A stretch of DNA of 64,000 nt, from assembly GCA_963665815.1 (NCBI GenBank), contig OY762463.1, positions 160,001 to 224,000 on the forward strand. Reading direction: 5' to 3'. This document shows, piece after piece, positions 20,735 to 31,667 of the stretch. The notes under the pieces were generated by a model. The model worked only from the letters and a program-made list of their open reading frames with translations, did not search any database and was not told where the DNA came from. The translations under genes and the position numbers were made by a program. How positions within the stretch are numbered: the first letter of the stretch is position 1; the number at the start of each line of letters is the position of its first letter. This DNA is from Candidatus Cloacimonadales bacterium. Lineage in GTDB: Bacteria; Cloacimonadota; Cloacimonadia; Cloacimonadales; JAIOQZ01.

Positions 20735-21146
20735 TGATTTCCCGGTTATCTGAATCAGAGTTAAATCTGATATGTATAGTATTATAGGGGAGTATAAATT
20801 CAGCTAAATCAGGCCATTCTACAATGCATAAACCCGTTTCAAAAATCTCGTCAAGACCAAGTTCAAGCACTTCTTCAGGATCATTAAGTCTGTAAAGATC
20901 CAGATGGTGAACAACGAATTCTTTCCAGTTTTCATCCACACCATTATAATGATTCATAATTACAAAACTAGGACTGTTAACAATATCGTGTACTCCAAGT
21001 TTACACAATAATTTTTGAACAAAAAAAGTTTTACCAGCACCAAGGTTTCCATGCAGGGCAATAGCAGAATTTCTATTAATTTTTCCAATTACTTCATTAA
21101 TAAAAATATTGTACTCTGATTCAGTATTTACTTGATATTTTTTCAT
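20724..21146 (-). CDS. tsaE: tRNA threonylcarbamoyladenosine biosynthesis ATPase
   Basis: GNLGAGKT, VNSPSF, HLDLYRL, IVEWP. Confidence 0.93.
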   Translation of the reverse strand: MKKYQVNTESEYNIFINEVIGKINRNSAIALHGNLGAGKTFFVQKLLCKLGVHDIVNSPSFVIMNHYNGVDENWKEFVVHHLDLYRLNDPEEVLELGLDEIFETGLCIVEWPDLAEFILPYNTIHIRFNSDSDNREIIVE

Positions 21147-21262
21147 TTAAACTCCATGATAAAAAAAACAAAATATATTTTTTCTGTCAATTTCAAGTTT
21201 TTTTATTGCCAATGGAACGATGTTTGCATAAGATTAACATATATTTTCATTAGGGGGAAAAA

Positions 21263-23356
21263 ATGAAAAAATACTTCTATTTACTAATGTTGTGTCTATT
21301 TACACATTTACTAACAGCAAATGCAATTCTATTTCATGAATCAAATCTGTTTCAGTTGATTGATTCTGATATTGATGTTGTAATTGATAATCAGGTTGCT
21401 ATTGTAACCTCAACACAAAAATTCATTAACAATTCGAATTTAGGTCAGTATGCCAGAATGGGGTTTCCTATTCCTGAGGATGCCAGTGCAACTCAGTTAA
21501 GTTGGAAAATAAACAATGATTGGCAGCATGCTCAGTTTTCAGCAACGCCTCAGGATTCAATTATACCGGGTCCGGGCACGAATCATCCTTATGAGTATCA
21601 GATAAGAGCTTATCTTGGAGAAACACCATTGTACTTTTCTATTCCGGATGGTATTCCTGAGAATGATACGATTTGTGTTCAATTTACTTATGTGCAGCTA
21701 TTGGAGTATGACCTGGGAACTGTGGATTTTCATTTTCCATCAGACTACACTGCTATTAATAATATCACCGGTCAATTTAATGTGGATCACGTTCATTTCA
21801 GGTGCGAAATTAACTCTGTTAGACAGATTGATCTTGCGTACTTAGCTGATCTTGTTCCTGATGTATCTTCAAATGACGGGCACCAGGCGATTATTGAATA
21901 TGATGAAACATCGACTGCCATGGACTATGATTTTGATGTGAATTACAGTCTGAATCTTGATCAGCTCGGTTTAAGTTCTATCAGTTCAATGTTCGATGAG
22001 GTTCCGGACAATCATGGAGATGGTTTTTTTCTCTTCCTCGCAGAACCTGAATCTGATACGCAGGCAATCATAAGGAAAAACCTTACACTTATAGTTGATA
22101 AATCGGGCTCTATGTCCGGGAACAAAATTGTTTATGCCAGACAGGCTGCAAGATACATTGCAGAAAACCTTAATGAACAGGATTACTTCAATATTATCAC
22201 ATTCTCGGATGTTGTCAGCAGTTTTCAACCTCAACATGTTCAAGCTACACAGTCGAACATTTCAAGTGCTGTAAACTATATTACATCTGTTAATGCAAAT
22301 GGAGGAACAAACATTTCTGCTGCTTTCAGTGCAGCTGTTCCACAATTTTCAAGTCTGGGAGACTCAACAGCAAATCTGATAGTTTTTCTTACTGACGGTA
22401 TGGCAACTGTTGGCATAACAAACAATGTTTCTCTGAAAAATCATGTCAACGGCTTATTCAATCAACTGACATCAAGCGTAAGACTCTTTGCATTTGGAGT
22501 TGGAGCATCTGTAAACACTGATGTTTTGACTGCAATATCAAATGATAACAACGGGAGCTATTTTAACATTAATTCTTCTGAGATAGAGGAAACTCTTTCT
22601 GAGTTTTACAATAGAATCAGAAATCCTGTTATAATTAATCCTGTAATGACTTTTTCCGATTCAACAAATATTTCCGAAACTTATCCTAGGAATCTTATGA
22701 ATCTGTATGTCGGGCAACAGCTTGTTGTTGTTGGTCGCTATGCAAATCCGTTAATGGAAAGTGTTAACTTTGCAGGTACCGCCGGTGGATCTGAGGTTTC
22801 TTACAATTATGATTTGAATTTTGCCGATTCAACAATAACTCAATTCCAGTTTTTAACAAAGATATGGGCTAAGAGAAAAATTGAATATCTGATGACTCAA
22901 TACTACTTATATAATGAAAATTCCCAGGAAGCAATGGAAATTGAAGATATGGTTGTTCAAATCAGTATAAGTTACGGAGTTCTTTCTCCTTTCACCAGCT
23001 TTTCTGATCCTGGAGATGATCCGGGAGATATTGGTACTGATGATAATGATATTGTTCCTTATGTAGATCAGAAAGATTTTATCTTAAACGGGAACTATCC
23101 TAATCCATTTAATCCTGAAACAAATATCAGTTTCTCAGTGAACGCCGACTATAAAGGTCTTGTAAAAATTAAAATTTATAACCTTAAAGGTCAGTTAGTA
23201 AAGTTGCTTGCAGTTAAAGTTAATGGTATGGGAGATTACTCAGTAGTCTGGAAAGGAACTGATCAGAAAGATAATAAAGTGGCATCAGGTATGTATATGT
23301 ATATAGTGGACTTTGGCAAAGTGCAACTTCATTCAAAGATGCTGCTTCTGAAATAA
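21263..23356 (+). CDS. Secreted VIT-VWA domain protein with C-terminal FlgD-Ig/T9SS-type sorting domain
   Basis: Signal peptide; VIT-like N-terminus; MIDAS DKSGSM, GGTNI, FLTDG; GNYPNPFNPET...KMLLLK. Confidence 0.85.
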   Translation: MKKYFYLLMLCLFTHLLTANAILFHESNLFQLIDSDIDVVIDNQVAIVTSTQKFINNSNLGQYARMGFPIPEDASATQLSWKINNDWQHAQFSATPQDSIIPGPGTNHPYEYQIRAYLGETPLYFSIPDGIPENDTICVQFTYVQLLEYDLGTVDFHFPSDYTAINNITGQFNVDHVHFRCEINSVRQIDLAYLADLVPDVSSNDGHQAIIEYDETSTAMDYDFDVNYSLNLDQLGLSSISSMFDEVPDNHGDGFFLFLAEPESDTQAIIRKNLTLIVDKSGSMSGNKIVYARQAARYIAENLNEQDYFNIITFSDVVSSFQPQHVQATQSNISSAVNYITSVNANGGTNISAAFSAAVPQFSSLGDSTANLIVFLTDGMATVGITNNVSLKNHVNGLFNQLTSSVRLFAFGVGASVNTDVLTAISNDNNGSYFNINSSEIEETLSEFYNRIRNPVIINPVMTFSDSTNISETYPRNLMNLYVGQQLVVVGRYANPLMESVNFAGTAGGSEVSYNYDLNFADSTITQFQFLTKIWAKRKIEYLMTQYYLYNENSQEAMEIEDMVVQISISYGVLSPFTSFSDPGDDPGDIGTDDNDIVPYVDQKDFILNGNYPNPFNPETNISFSVNADYKGLVKIKIYNLKGQLVKLLAVKVNGMGDYSVVWKGTDQKDNKVASGMYMYIVDFGKVQLHSKMLLLK

Positions 23357-23460
23357 AAAAATATCTACTCTTGTCAGTTGATAAAGATGACAAGTAAATA
23401 ACAAAAGTTTTCAATAATTTGTTAATCTACTCTGGTAATAGTTATCTGAGGATAACATAA

Positions 23461-23490
23461 GGGCTGTTGAATCTTCAACAGCCCGTTCTT
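23461..23490. terminator. Terminator-like hairpin between convergent genes
   Basis: gggctgttgaa-tc-ttcaacagccc perfect inverted repeat followed by gttctt. Confidence 0.65.
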
Positions 23491-23641
23491 TGAATGAGAG
23501 TTGATTCTATTTTAGAATCCATTTGATTTTGAACATTAAAATGACTATATATTGTGCATTCTCTTTTTATTTCTAAAATCTCATCGATATTTTTATACAA
23601 AAGCTGCATAATTTTGCTTTTATGCAAAGTTCTCAACTATT

Positions 23642-25123
23642 CTATTCTGCTGTAACTGCTTCCATCCACCAGTTGATAGTATTGATGAGGTCTTTGTTAT
23701 ATCCTTTTTCTTCATATACAATATTACCTTTTGTATCAATTAAACAGATATAAGGAATTCCGGTAAATCCATAGGATTCTGAAAGTTCGTCAACACCATA
23801 GAGAAGCTCCATGGAATATTGCTTTATCTTCATGAATTCATCAACTGTATCTGGATTCTTTTCCCAGACATTCACTGAGAATACTCTGACATTATGTTTA
23901 TTGTGTTTTTTATTCCACTCATCCAGTAAAGGCATTGTTTTCTGGCAAGGTCCACACCAGGTTGCCCAGAAATCAAGTATTACATATTGTCCTTTTAAAT
24001 CTGACAGTTTTACCATTTCACCATTGATATTCTTGAGTTGGAATTCGGGTGCAGGTTTATTAAGTCTGGCAGCTTGAACAGCTTTTTTACGATCCTCTTC
24101 TTTAGCCTGCCATTGGTCATCTATCGCTTTGATAATATTGTTCCACTCAGCATGATCCTTAAGTAAATCAAAATCAGGATTGTCTTTTACATAATGAGAA
24201 TCATCGAATCCATTCTGGGCAGCAAGAAACAGGTTTTCGACAGCTTTCTGAGCTTTATTAAGCTTAACATAACTTCTGGCAAGGTAATAGTATGTCTCAG
24301 GAGTCATCGGAGTGTCTTTGTCCTTTTTTACAAAACCTATGTATTCCTTATATAGCTGATTATCATAGAAAAAGGCATGAAGATAATATACATAGAAATA
24401 ATTCCGATTCTCTTCACTTAGTCTTTTATTTTCAATTCTGCTGTCAGCTTCTTTTTTCAAGTATTTTTTGGCTTCATCGTAATTGCCTTTAAGTACTTCA
24501 AATTCACCAAGAGTCATGTTAGTGATCCAGCCATTTGTATCTTTATCAAGTGATTCCAGGTATTTTTCAGCTTTAGAAGTCTTATTGAGATATATGAGAT
24601 ATCTGAAATTAAATTCATGTGCGAACTGATCATCAGTACCTATTTTTTCAAACTTTCTTAAATACTTTTTATCTTTCTTAATGCTTTTCTTAAGCTCATC
24701 AATTGTATTCTGCTCGGTCTGTCTGTAGAAGAGAGAAGACATATATGTTGAAGCCATAAGTTTGTAACCGTCGATCCAGCTTTCATCCATTTTGATTAGT
24801 TTTCTACTGATCTTCAGTTTTTTCTCAGTGTCTTCTTCATATTTTGCATTTAAGTAGATGTATCTCTTACTTTCAGGGTTTTCCTGCAATTTTTCAGCAA
24901 GAAACTTTCTGCAATCATCCTCTTTCATCTGCATCCAATATCTTGTAACTCCACTCACAATGTTCATATCATCAGCATTTTCGATAAAATCAGAACAGAT
25001 ATCTTTTAATTTTGTTTTACTGCGGTATGTCCTTAGAGCTTCATTAAATCCATTAATAGTATATTCTGTACTTACCAGATTCATACAAACCGCAAGCAGA
25101 ATCAACAACACAAATTTTCTCAT
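23642..25123 (-). CDS. Exported TPR protein with C-terminal TlpA-like thioredoxin domain
   Basis: Signal peptide; APEFQL, LDFWATWCGPC, GIPY. Confidence 0.85.
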   Translation of the reverse strand: MRKFVLLILLAVCMNLVSTEYTINGFNEALRTYRSKTKLKDICSDFIENADDMNIVSGVTRYWMQMKEDDCRKFLAEKLQENPESKRYIYLNAKYEEDTEKKLKISRKLIKMDESWIDGYKLMASTYMSSLFYRQTEQNTIDELKKSIKKDKKYLRKFEKIGTDDQFAHEFNFRYLIYLNKTSKAEKYLESLDKDTNGWITNMTLGEFEVLKGNYDEAKKYLKKEADSRIENKRLSEENRNYFYVYYLHAFFYDNQLYKEYIGFVKKDKDTPMTPETYYYLARSYVKLNKAQKAVENLFLAAQNGFDDSHYVKDNPDFDLLKDHAEWNNIIKAIDDQWQAKEEDRKKAVQAARLNKPAPEFQLKNINGEMVKLSDLKGQYVILDFWATWCGPCQKTMPLLDEWNKKHNKHNVRVFSVNVWEKNPDTVDEFMKIKQYSMELLYGVDELSESYGFTGIPYICLIDTKGNIVYEEKGYNKDLINTINWWMEAVTAE

Positions 25124-25125
25124 AT

Positions 25126-26307
25126 TTACACCTTTGCTAAAGCGTTATTCAAATCATTAATTATGTCTTCGATGTCTTCTATACCTACAGAAAGTCTTAC
25201 AAGTTCATCGGTAATACCGGCTTTCAACTTGTTTTCTGCTGAAACTTTTGAGTGAGTCATAGAGGCAGGATGTTGAATAAGGGTTTCTACTCCTCCCAGA
25301 GATACAGCTAATCCTGCAAGGTTTACATTATTCATAAGTGTTTTACCTGCTTCAAGTCCTCCTTTTACTCCAAAGCTTATCATTGCCCCAAAACCATTCA
25401 TTTGTTTTTTGGCAAGTTCATGCTGTGGGTGGGACTTGAGCCCCGGATATGTGACCCAGGAAATTTTTTCATGGGATTCAAGGAACTCTGCAACTTTCAT
25501 AGAGTTTTCCTGAGCTCTGTCTATTCTTATTGCAAGAGTTTTGACTCCACGAAGAACCATGTATGCTTGATGAGGATCGATATTCGGTCCCATATTTTTC
25601 ATAACTGGTGCAAGTCTGTTAAAATGCTCTTTATTACCGGCAATAATCATACCACCTACGATATCAGCGTGTCCATTAATGAACTTTGTCATTGAATGAA
25701 GTACAACATCTGCACCAAGTTTGAGCGGTTTCTGTATATAAGGACTACTGAATGTGTTATCAACAACAAAAGTAAGGTTATTTTCCTTCGCAATTTCTGC
25801 ACATGCAGCAATATCGGTGATAGCTATTGTAGGATTTGCCGGAGTTTCAACATATAGAAGCTTTGTGTTTTCTTTGATTGCTGCTTTAATCTCTTCAACA
25901 TCTGATGTGTTTACAAAAGATGATTCAACTCCGAATTTCTTAAAGATTGTTTCAAGTACTCCACGAGCAGGGCCATATACTGCATCGCTGCTGATAATAT
26001 GTGCACCGGCTTCGAGGTATGTCATATAAACTGTTGTTACAGCCCCCATACCGGATGCTGTTGCGATACCGCCATATCCTTCTTCAAGATCTGTTATACA
26101 GTCTTCCAGAGCTTTTGTTGTAGGATTCCCCAATCTTGTGTAAATGTATCCGTCTGACTCTCCAGCAAAGCATGCTGCTCCATGGTCTGCACTGTCAAAG
26201 GCGAAAGTTGATGTCTGATAAATCGGTACTGAGACACTGTTGAACTGATCTTTAAAAGCTCCTGAATGAATCAGTTTTGTGTCAAAATTCATTTTTTCAT
26301 GTTTCAT
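25126..26307 (-). CDS. megL: Methionine gamma-lyase (Cys/Met metabolism PLP enzyme)
   Basis: PIYQTSTF, YIYTRLGNPT, ASGMGA, ETPANPT, HSMTKFINGH, AVSLG, HPASMTH. Confidence 0.85.
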   Translation of the reverse strand: MKHEKMNFDTKLIHSGAFKDQFNSVSVPIYQTSTFAFDSADHGAACFAGESDGYIYTRLGNPTTKALEDCITDLEEGYGGIATASGMGAVTTVYMTYLEAGAHIISSDAVYGPARGVLETIFKKFGVESSFVNTSDVEEIKAAIKENTKLLYVETPANPTIAITDIAACAEIAKENNLTFVVDNTFSSPYIQKPLKLGADVVLHSMTKFINGHADIVGGMIIAGNKEHFNRLAPVMKNMGPNIDPHQAYMVLRGVKTLAIRIDRAQENSMKVAEFLESHEKISWVTYPGLKSHPQHELAKKQMNGFGAMISFGVKGGLEAGKTLMNNVNLAGLAVSLGGVETLIQHPASMTHSKVSAENKLKAGITDELVRLSVGIEDIEDIINDLNNALAKV

Positions 26308-28357
26308 TTTTTATCCTCTCTATTTCTTTTTTTATAGTTAAATTTATAGGTTTTTTCTTTAATTCTTCAAGGAAGTCAGGATTTACTTTATCTCTTATTG
26401 CCTTATAAACAGATTGCTGCTCTGAATTAAGAACATTGAATTTTCTACTAAGGAATTCCTCATACATTGCTAAAGCTAAATTTAAGATTCCGCATTCATT
26501 AAAAAAATTCCCTGCTGTTATCAATACTTCGTTCTGTAGTGAATCCGGATCAGTAGTAGATATTAGGTTTACCATAGTGTTAAATGCTGAATCGGGCTGT
26601 TCTGTATGATAATATGAAGTAAACATGTTGAATTTCATTCTTTGTGACAACGAAATTGAATCGGAAAAGCTGTTTAAATAAACTAATACTCCATAATAGT
26701 CATGAATCCTGATCATGTTTTCAGTGATGTTACTCAACATAAGGCTGTCCATTTTGCAGAGACTGTCTGCCAGACAGAGATTATAAACTCTGTTCGCAAT
26801 ATCAAACAGATTGTAGTTTTCATAATGCTTTGCCAGAGTACAAAACAATTCTTTTTTGTGCTGAAGCATGTCCGGATCGTTAAGAATAAGTTCCAGATTA
26901 TCAGCACCGTTCTCAAGAGATACTTTGCTTGTAATTTCCGGTAATATATTAATTATTTTTTTCTTAAGGGAATCATTGTCAGTGGAAACAGCCAGCTCTG
27001 ATAAGGTAGTTAAAGCTTCATCATAATGATGAAGACCTTTCAGGGCAATGTATTTGAATACTAAAGTTGAATCTGTACATGTTGAATATTTCTCAGAAAA
27101 ATTATCTGTGAGTTCAGTAATCTTTTCATAATCCCCAATTTTAAGCCTGTAATGAATTCTATCTTTTAAAGTCTTGTAATCCATCTGCATTTCGTTATCA
27201 AGATAAAGTCTCTCCACAAAAATTAGACCATTAATGAATATATCATTATCAGGATTCAAATCAGATATTGCAGTTCTAAGTTTTTTTACAGATAGTTCGT
27301 TATTCATCTGCACTTGGTTAATATCAAGATTAAGTCTTTTTATCATAATTGATTTAGAAGAATTGGGCAGTGTCATATTAAGACTGTCTGATAGTTCAAG
27401 CGGTGCAACAACAGAATTCTTCATTCTCGAAGCAGCAGCATTTACAATCCTATTTCTCAGATTATCAATGAATTCTGTTGATTCCAGGTCTTTAATGTTA
27501 TCATAAGCCAGTGCAGGTTCACCTTCATAATAATAGAAATATGCCAACAAGAGTTTTCTGATGTCTTCACGATCAATATTTTCTATACAGTCTAAAACTG
27601 AGTCATTAAATGAAACAGCCTTAAAACTCAATAATATTGTGCTTAATGGAGTTGCTAAACTTTCTGTCTCAGATGTAATATAATCTGGAGAATACAGTAT
27701 GTTACATGTTTGCAGCTCGGAAATCAATTGAGAAACATGAGATATCCTTAATTCCCGATGAGAACGAAATTCTTTTGACAGACTGTTCAGCAGCATTGAT
27801 GATTTCAGATAATCCTCATTTTGACAGAAGCAATAAGCAAGACATACTTTAAATGTTCCACTAAGTCTTACTTCTACAGGAATATATTGAAGCAGATTAT
27901 TAAGAGTGAATCTCTTTCCATATTTATTGGCAGTAACAAGCATTAATGCCCACTGCCTTTCAGTTAAATCACTGTAAACAAGCTTTTTTATTATGTAGTG
28001 AGATTGAACATTAGAGTTGAAATACTTAAACGAGACTTCATTATAATCAGATATCAGTTCATCCCAATGAGACAAAACATAATCAGGTTCGAGAGTATCG
28101 AAATAATCCAGATATATATCATACTGCCTTGTAAAAAGCGAGTAATCATGTATAATGTTAATTTTCAGCAGTAAATCAATATCGGTTAAATTTGAATCCG
28201 GCATTTCACTTATTTTGAAGAAAGCCGAGAAAATTTGTCCATGAGCATAGTGATATCTTATTTTCTCAATTCGGTCTGAAAAATTAGCATTCAAAAGAAA
28301 AAACTGTGCCAGTAGAGCAATCAGGATAACTTTCTTTAAATGTTTTTGCCAGATCAT
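26297..28357 (-). CDS. Hypothetical exported helical (TPR-like) protein
   Basis: 686 aa; N-terminal signal peptide; overlaps the megL start; no catalytic motif recognised. Confidence 0.6.
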   Translation of the reverse strand: MIWQKHLKKVILIALLAQFFLLNANFSDRIEKIRYHYAHGQIFSAFFKISEMPDSNLTDIDLLLKINIIHDYSLFTRQYDIYLDYFDTLEPDYVLSHWDELISDYNEVSFKYFNSNVQSHYIIKKLVYSDLTERQWALMLVTANKYGKRFTLNNLLQYIPVEVRLSGTFKVCLAYCFCQNEDYLKSSMLLNSLSKEFRSHRELRISHVSQLISELQTCNILYSPDYITSETESLATPLSTILLSFKAVSFNDSVLDCIENIDREDIRKLLLAYFYYYEGEPALAYDNIKDLESTEFIDNLRNRIVNAAASRMKNSVVAPLELSDSLNMTLPNSSKSIMIKRLNLDINQVQMNNELSVKKLRTAISDLNPDNDIFINGLIFVERLYLDNEMQMDYKTLKDRIHYRLKIGDYEKITELTDNFSEKYSTCTDSTLVFKYIALKGLHHYDEALTTLSELAVSTDNDSLKKKIINILPEITSKVSLENGADNLELILNDPDMLQHKKELFCTLAKHYENYNLFDIANRVYNLCLADSLCKMDSLMLSNITENMIRIHDYYGVLVYLNSFSDSISLSQRMKFNMFTSYYHTEQPDSAFNTMVNLISTTDPDSLQNEVLITAGNFFNECGILNLALAMYEEFLSRKFNVLNSEQQSVYKAIRDKVNPDFLEELKKKPINLTIKKEIERIKNET

Positions 28358-28361
28358 ATTT

Positions 28362-29129
28362 CTATGCTAATGCTGCACCAAGAGCACCGGTTATAATAGG
28401 ATTTTCATATCGCGTTATTTCTTTATCGAATACCTTTGACAAGCAATAAGTTAAATCCGAATTGAAAGCAACACCTCCGGTGAAAACAACTGGGTTTTCA
28501 ACCCGTAGGGCAGAGGATAAACCATAGATTCTGCTTGCAATAGACATGTGAACACCACGAGCAATATCATTTGCAGAAACACCTTTTGATCTGTAACCAA
28601 TAATTTCTGACTCTGAAAAAACAACGCAGGTCTGGTTAATTTTAACAGGATTTTCTGACTTTGATGCGAGTTCTGATAGCTCTGTCAATTGACAATCAAG
28701 AAAGTTTGCAGCCATTTCCAGAAATTTACCTGTTCCGGCAGCACATTTATCGTTCATGACAAAATTACTGACTTTGCCATCAGGAGTTATTTCAATAACT
28801 TTGGAATCCTGACCTCCGATATCAATAACTGTTCTCGCTCCAGGGAATAAGTGTAATATACCCTTAGCATGACAGATAATCTCAGACAGGAATTTATCAG
28901 CAAACTTAATCTGTTTCCTACCATATCCTGTTGCTTTCACAGTTTCAATATTTTCTGTCTGTAGCTTTAACTTCGACAGCACATTATTATACAGCTTTCT
29001 GGCTGTTTCATCCAGATTGAAGCCTGTTAAGCATGTCTCAGAGTAAGTTAACTTGTTTTCCTGCAGGTCAAAAACAGCAATCTTTGTTGTTCTTGATCCC
29101 GAATCAATTCCAATGTTATATTTTTTCAT
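28362..29129 (-). CDS. 2-hydroxyacyl-CoA dehydratase activase (BadF/BadG/BcrA/BcrD ASKHA ATPase)
   Basis: GIDSGSRTTK, ATGYGR, DIGGQDSK, MNDKCAAGTG, TCVVF, TGGVA. Confidence 0.9.
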   Translation of the reverse strand: MKKYNIGIDSGSRTTKIAVFDLQENKLTYSETCLTGFNLDETARKLYNNVLSKLKLQTENIETVKATGYGRKQIKFADKFLSEIICHAKGILHLFPGARTVIDIGGQDSKVIEITPDGKVSNFVMNDKCAAGTGKFLEMAANFLDCQLTELSELASKSENPVKINQTCVVFSESEIIGYRSKGVSANDIARGVHMSIASRIYGLSSALRVENPVVFTGGVAFNSDLTYCLSKVFDKEITRYENPIITGALGAALA

Positions 29130-29131
29130 AA

Positions 29132-31654
29132 CTATGAGTATATATGTGTTTTGAGATTACCCGGATTAAGATATTCATTGGCAAGCATCTTGATAAAATC
29201 AAGTTCAATTTCTTCCAGACGTTTTTCGCGATCAAGGTAGTACTGATAGCCATATCCAAGAGTATTCAGCATTGAAATTACCTGAGCTTGATGCAGATTA
29301 CTTTCATCTTCCATTAGTCTGTTACCTCGAATTGCATTTTTAGCAATCTGAAGATCTTCTTCGACAATCAATCCGTTTCCTGCTGCACCAAGAAGTTTGT
29401 ATATGGCATCAAGGCTTTCTTTTTCTTTTCTATTATCCACTGCAGCATACAAATGGAAAAATCCCATATCAGTTAAGGCGGTATGGTCAAAGGAAACAGA
29501 ATATGCTACTCCCATTTTTTCTCTGAGCTGCTGGAAGAGTTTTGAATTGATATCTCCACCAAGAATATATGAAAGACAATAGAATCCGGTGTTTTCCTTC
29601 CGCATTCCTGCATCAACACTGAAACCGCCTGTATTAATAATACTCTGGTTCATTCCTGATCTATTTTTTATCAAATCTTTTGCAGATGTATTGATCTTAG
29701 TTCTAATCTTTTCGAGAGATCCAATAGATGTTGAAGTAAAATCTCTGAAGTTTTTCTCCAATAAGTATCTAGTCTCATCAAAATCAAAATCACCTACAAT
29801 GGTAAACTGCATTTCAGAAGGAATATAGTACTTTTTGTACCAGTTAAAAATCTGTTGTCTCGATATTTTGTTGAGATCTGTTAAAGTACCTTTTCTATTG
29901 TTAAGATTACTTTCTTTGCCGAAAAACATTTGTCGCCAGAGCCTCAGTGCATTGCTTGTCGGACGTTCCCTGGATCTGCTTAATGCACTAATTGTTGAGT
30001 TTCTGATGTTATTAATATGCTCAGCCGGGAACGTTGGACTTATAAGTATTTCAGAAATGATATTGAGAGCATTTTCTAATTGCTCTGTGAAACATTTTGC
30101 ATTTAAACTGGTCGACTCAAATGAACTGGAAGAGCCCATTACAATACCGTTTGATGTACAGAAATCAAGAATCTGATTATATTGACGATTCTTATTTCCA
30201 TAAAGCAGACTTGTGGATGTCAGATGATTTATTCCTTTCTGACCTTTTTCTTCCAGAAGAGATGATACCGGCAGACTGAGAGACAACCCTAAAGTTGGTT
30301 TTCCTTTCACTCGTCTGAAGAAAACATTCATACCGTTTGATAATCTGAATTCATCATGGTCTTTATTGCCTGTGAGAATTGCTTTTACGTTTTGGACTCC
30401 GTTTCTGACAAAGAACTGCTGTTTTTTAGGACCCATATGAAAAACTTGAATACTGTTGTCGAGATAGACTTGATTGACATACTTAAGAATATCTTCTTTC
30501 TTAACAGAAGATATTTTTTCAGGATAATCCATGTAGTTCTTATAATTATCTACCAATTCTTCAGAACCCATACTCATTCCGACATTCTCTATATATTCAC
30601 TTGAATACCTGTGTGAATGAAGTATTTCTCTCTTCTGCTGTTCAAGTTCGTTCTTGGTTAATCCATATTTTTTCAGATTGTCTATTTCATCGAGAACAAT
30701 CTCTATAATTCTTGGTATGAACTCAGATTTCTTTGGATATATAAGAATAATCGTTATCCCGGGGAGAATTCCGCTTATGGAGTTAAGTCGGATCGAAGAT
30801 ATCAATTTTTCTTCGAGATAAAGCTTGTTGTATAATCTTGATTTCTTACCCCAGGCAATGGATTTCATTGCAATATTAAGACTGTGTGTTCCTGGATGAT
30901 TTTCGTCTAATTCCGGCAAAGCAATTGCCAGATAATCATTTCTGAGTTTTCGCTGGATGAAAATGTTTTCTTTCGGTGATGAATCAATATCCATCGGATA
31001 TTCAGGCTTGTTTACTTTTCCTGATTCCCATGGAGAAAAAGTATCGGATACAAGTTCGTGAAGTTTATCAGGATCGATATCACCTGTGATAATCAGAAAG
31101 CAATTCTGCGGTATGTAGTGCTTTTTGTAAAATTCCATCAAATTATTATGTGAGCATTTTGTCAGATTCTCAAGATTTCCTATGATTGGATTTTTATATG
31201 GGCTTTCTTTGAAGTATCTCTTAGGGATTTCCTCAAAAAAGAATTCTTCAGGATCGTTCTGGTACTCTTTCAGTTCTTCAATCACGACAGATTTCTCAAA
31301 ATCAAAATCCTCTTCCGTGAATTCAGCATGCATTACAAGTTCTGACAGTACATCAAGTCCCTGCTCAAGAAATCTTGAGGGGAGAGTCAGATAAAAACAG
31401 GTAGAATCAAATTCTGTGTAAGCATTAAAATGTGCTCCAAGGTTTGAAGCATAGGCAGAGATTGAATTCTCGGGGAATTTACGGGTTGTCTTAAATACAA
31501 GATGTTCAGTGAAGTGTGAAAATCCTGCTTCTTCAGGTAGTTCCCAGTTTGAGCCCATTCTTACATACATCTGTAAGCTGACAATAGGGTTTGAGCTGTC
31601 TTTATAGTAAATATATTTAAGACCATTTTTTAATGTCTGATGGTTTGTTATCAA
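29132..31654 (-). CDS. M16 (pitrilysin-like) zinc metallopeptidase
   Basis: HFTEH inverted zinc motif, NAYT, duplicated second half, LREKMGVAY. Confidence 0.9.
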   Translation of the reverse strand: MITNHQTLKNGLKYIYYKDSSNPIVSLQMYVRMGSNWELPEEAGFSHFTEHLVFKTTRKFPENSISAYASNLGAHFNAYTEFDSTCFYLTLPSRFLEQGLDVLSELVMHAEFTEEDFDFEKSVVIEELKEYQNDPEEFFFEEIPKRYFKESPYKNPIIGNLENLTKCSHNNLMEFYKKHYIPQNCFLIITGDIDPDKLHELVSDTFSPWESGKVNKPEYPMDIDSSPKENIFIQRKLRNDYLAIALPELDENHPGTHSLNIAMKSIAWGKKSRLYNKLYLEEKLISSIRLNSISGILPGITIILIYPKKSEFIPRIIEIVLDEIDNLKKYGLTKNELEQQKREILHSHRYSSEYIENVGMSMGSEELVDNYKNYMDYPEKISSVKKEDILKYVNQVYLDNSIQVFHMGPKKQQFFVRNGVQNVKAILTGNKDHDEFRLSNGMNVFFRRVKGKPTLGLSLSLPVSSLLEEKGQKGINHLTSTSLLYGNKNRQYNQILDFCTSNGIVMGSSSSFESTSLNAKCFTEQLENALNIISEILISPTFPAEHINNIRNSTISALSRSRERPTSNALRLWRQMFFGKESNLNNRKGTLTDLNKISRQQIFNWYKKYYIPSEMQFTIVGDFDFDETRYLLEKNFRDFTSTSIGSLEKIRTKINTSAKDLIKNRSGMNQSIINTGGFSVDAGMRKENTGFYCLSYILGGDINSKLFQQLREKMGVAYSVSFDHTALTDMGFFHLYAAVDNRKEKESLDAIYKLLGAAGNGLIVEEDLQIAKNAIRGNRLMEDESNLHQAQVISMLNTLGYGYQYYLDREKRLEEIELDFIKMLANEYLNPGNLKTHIYS

Positions 31655-31667
31655 TTTATCCTCAATT

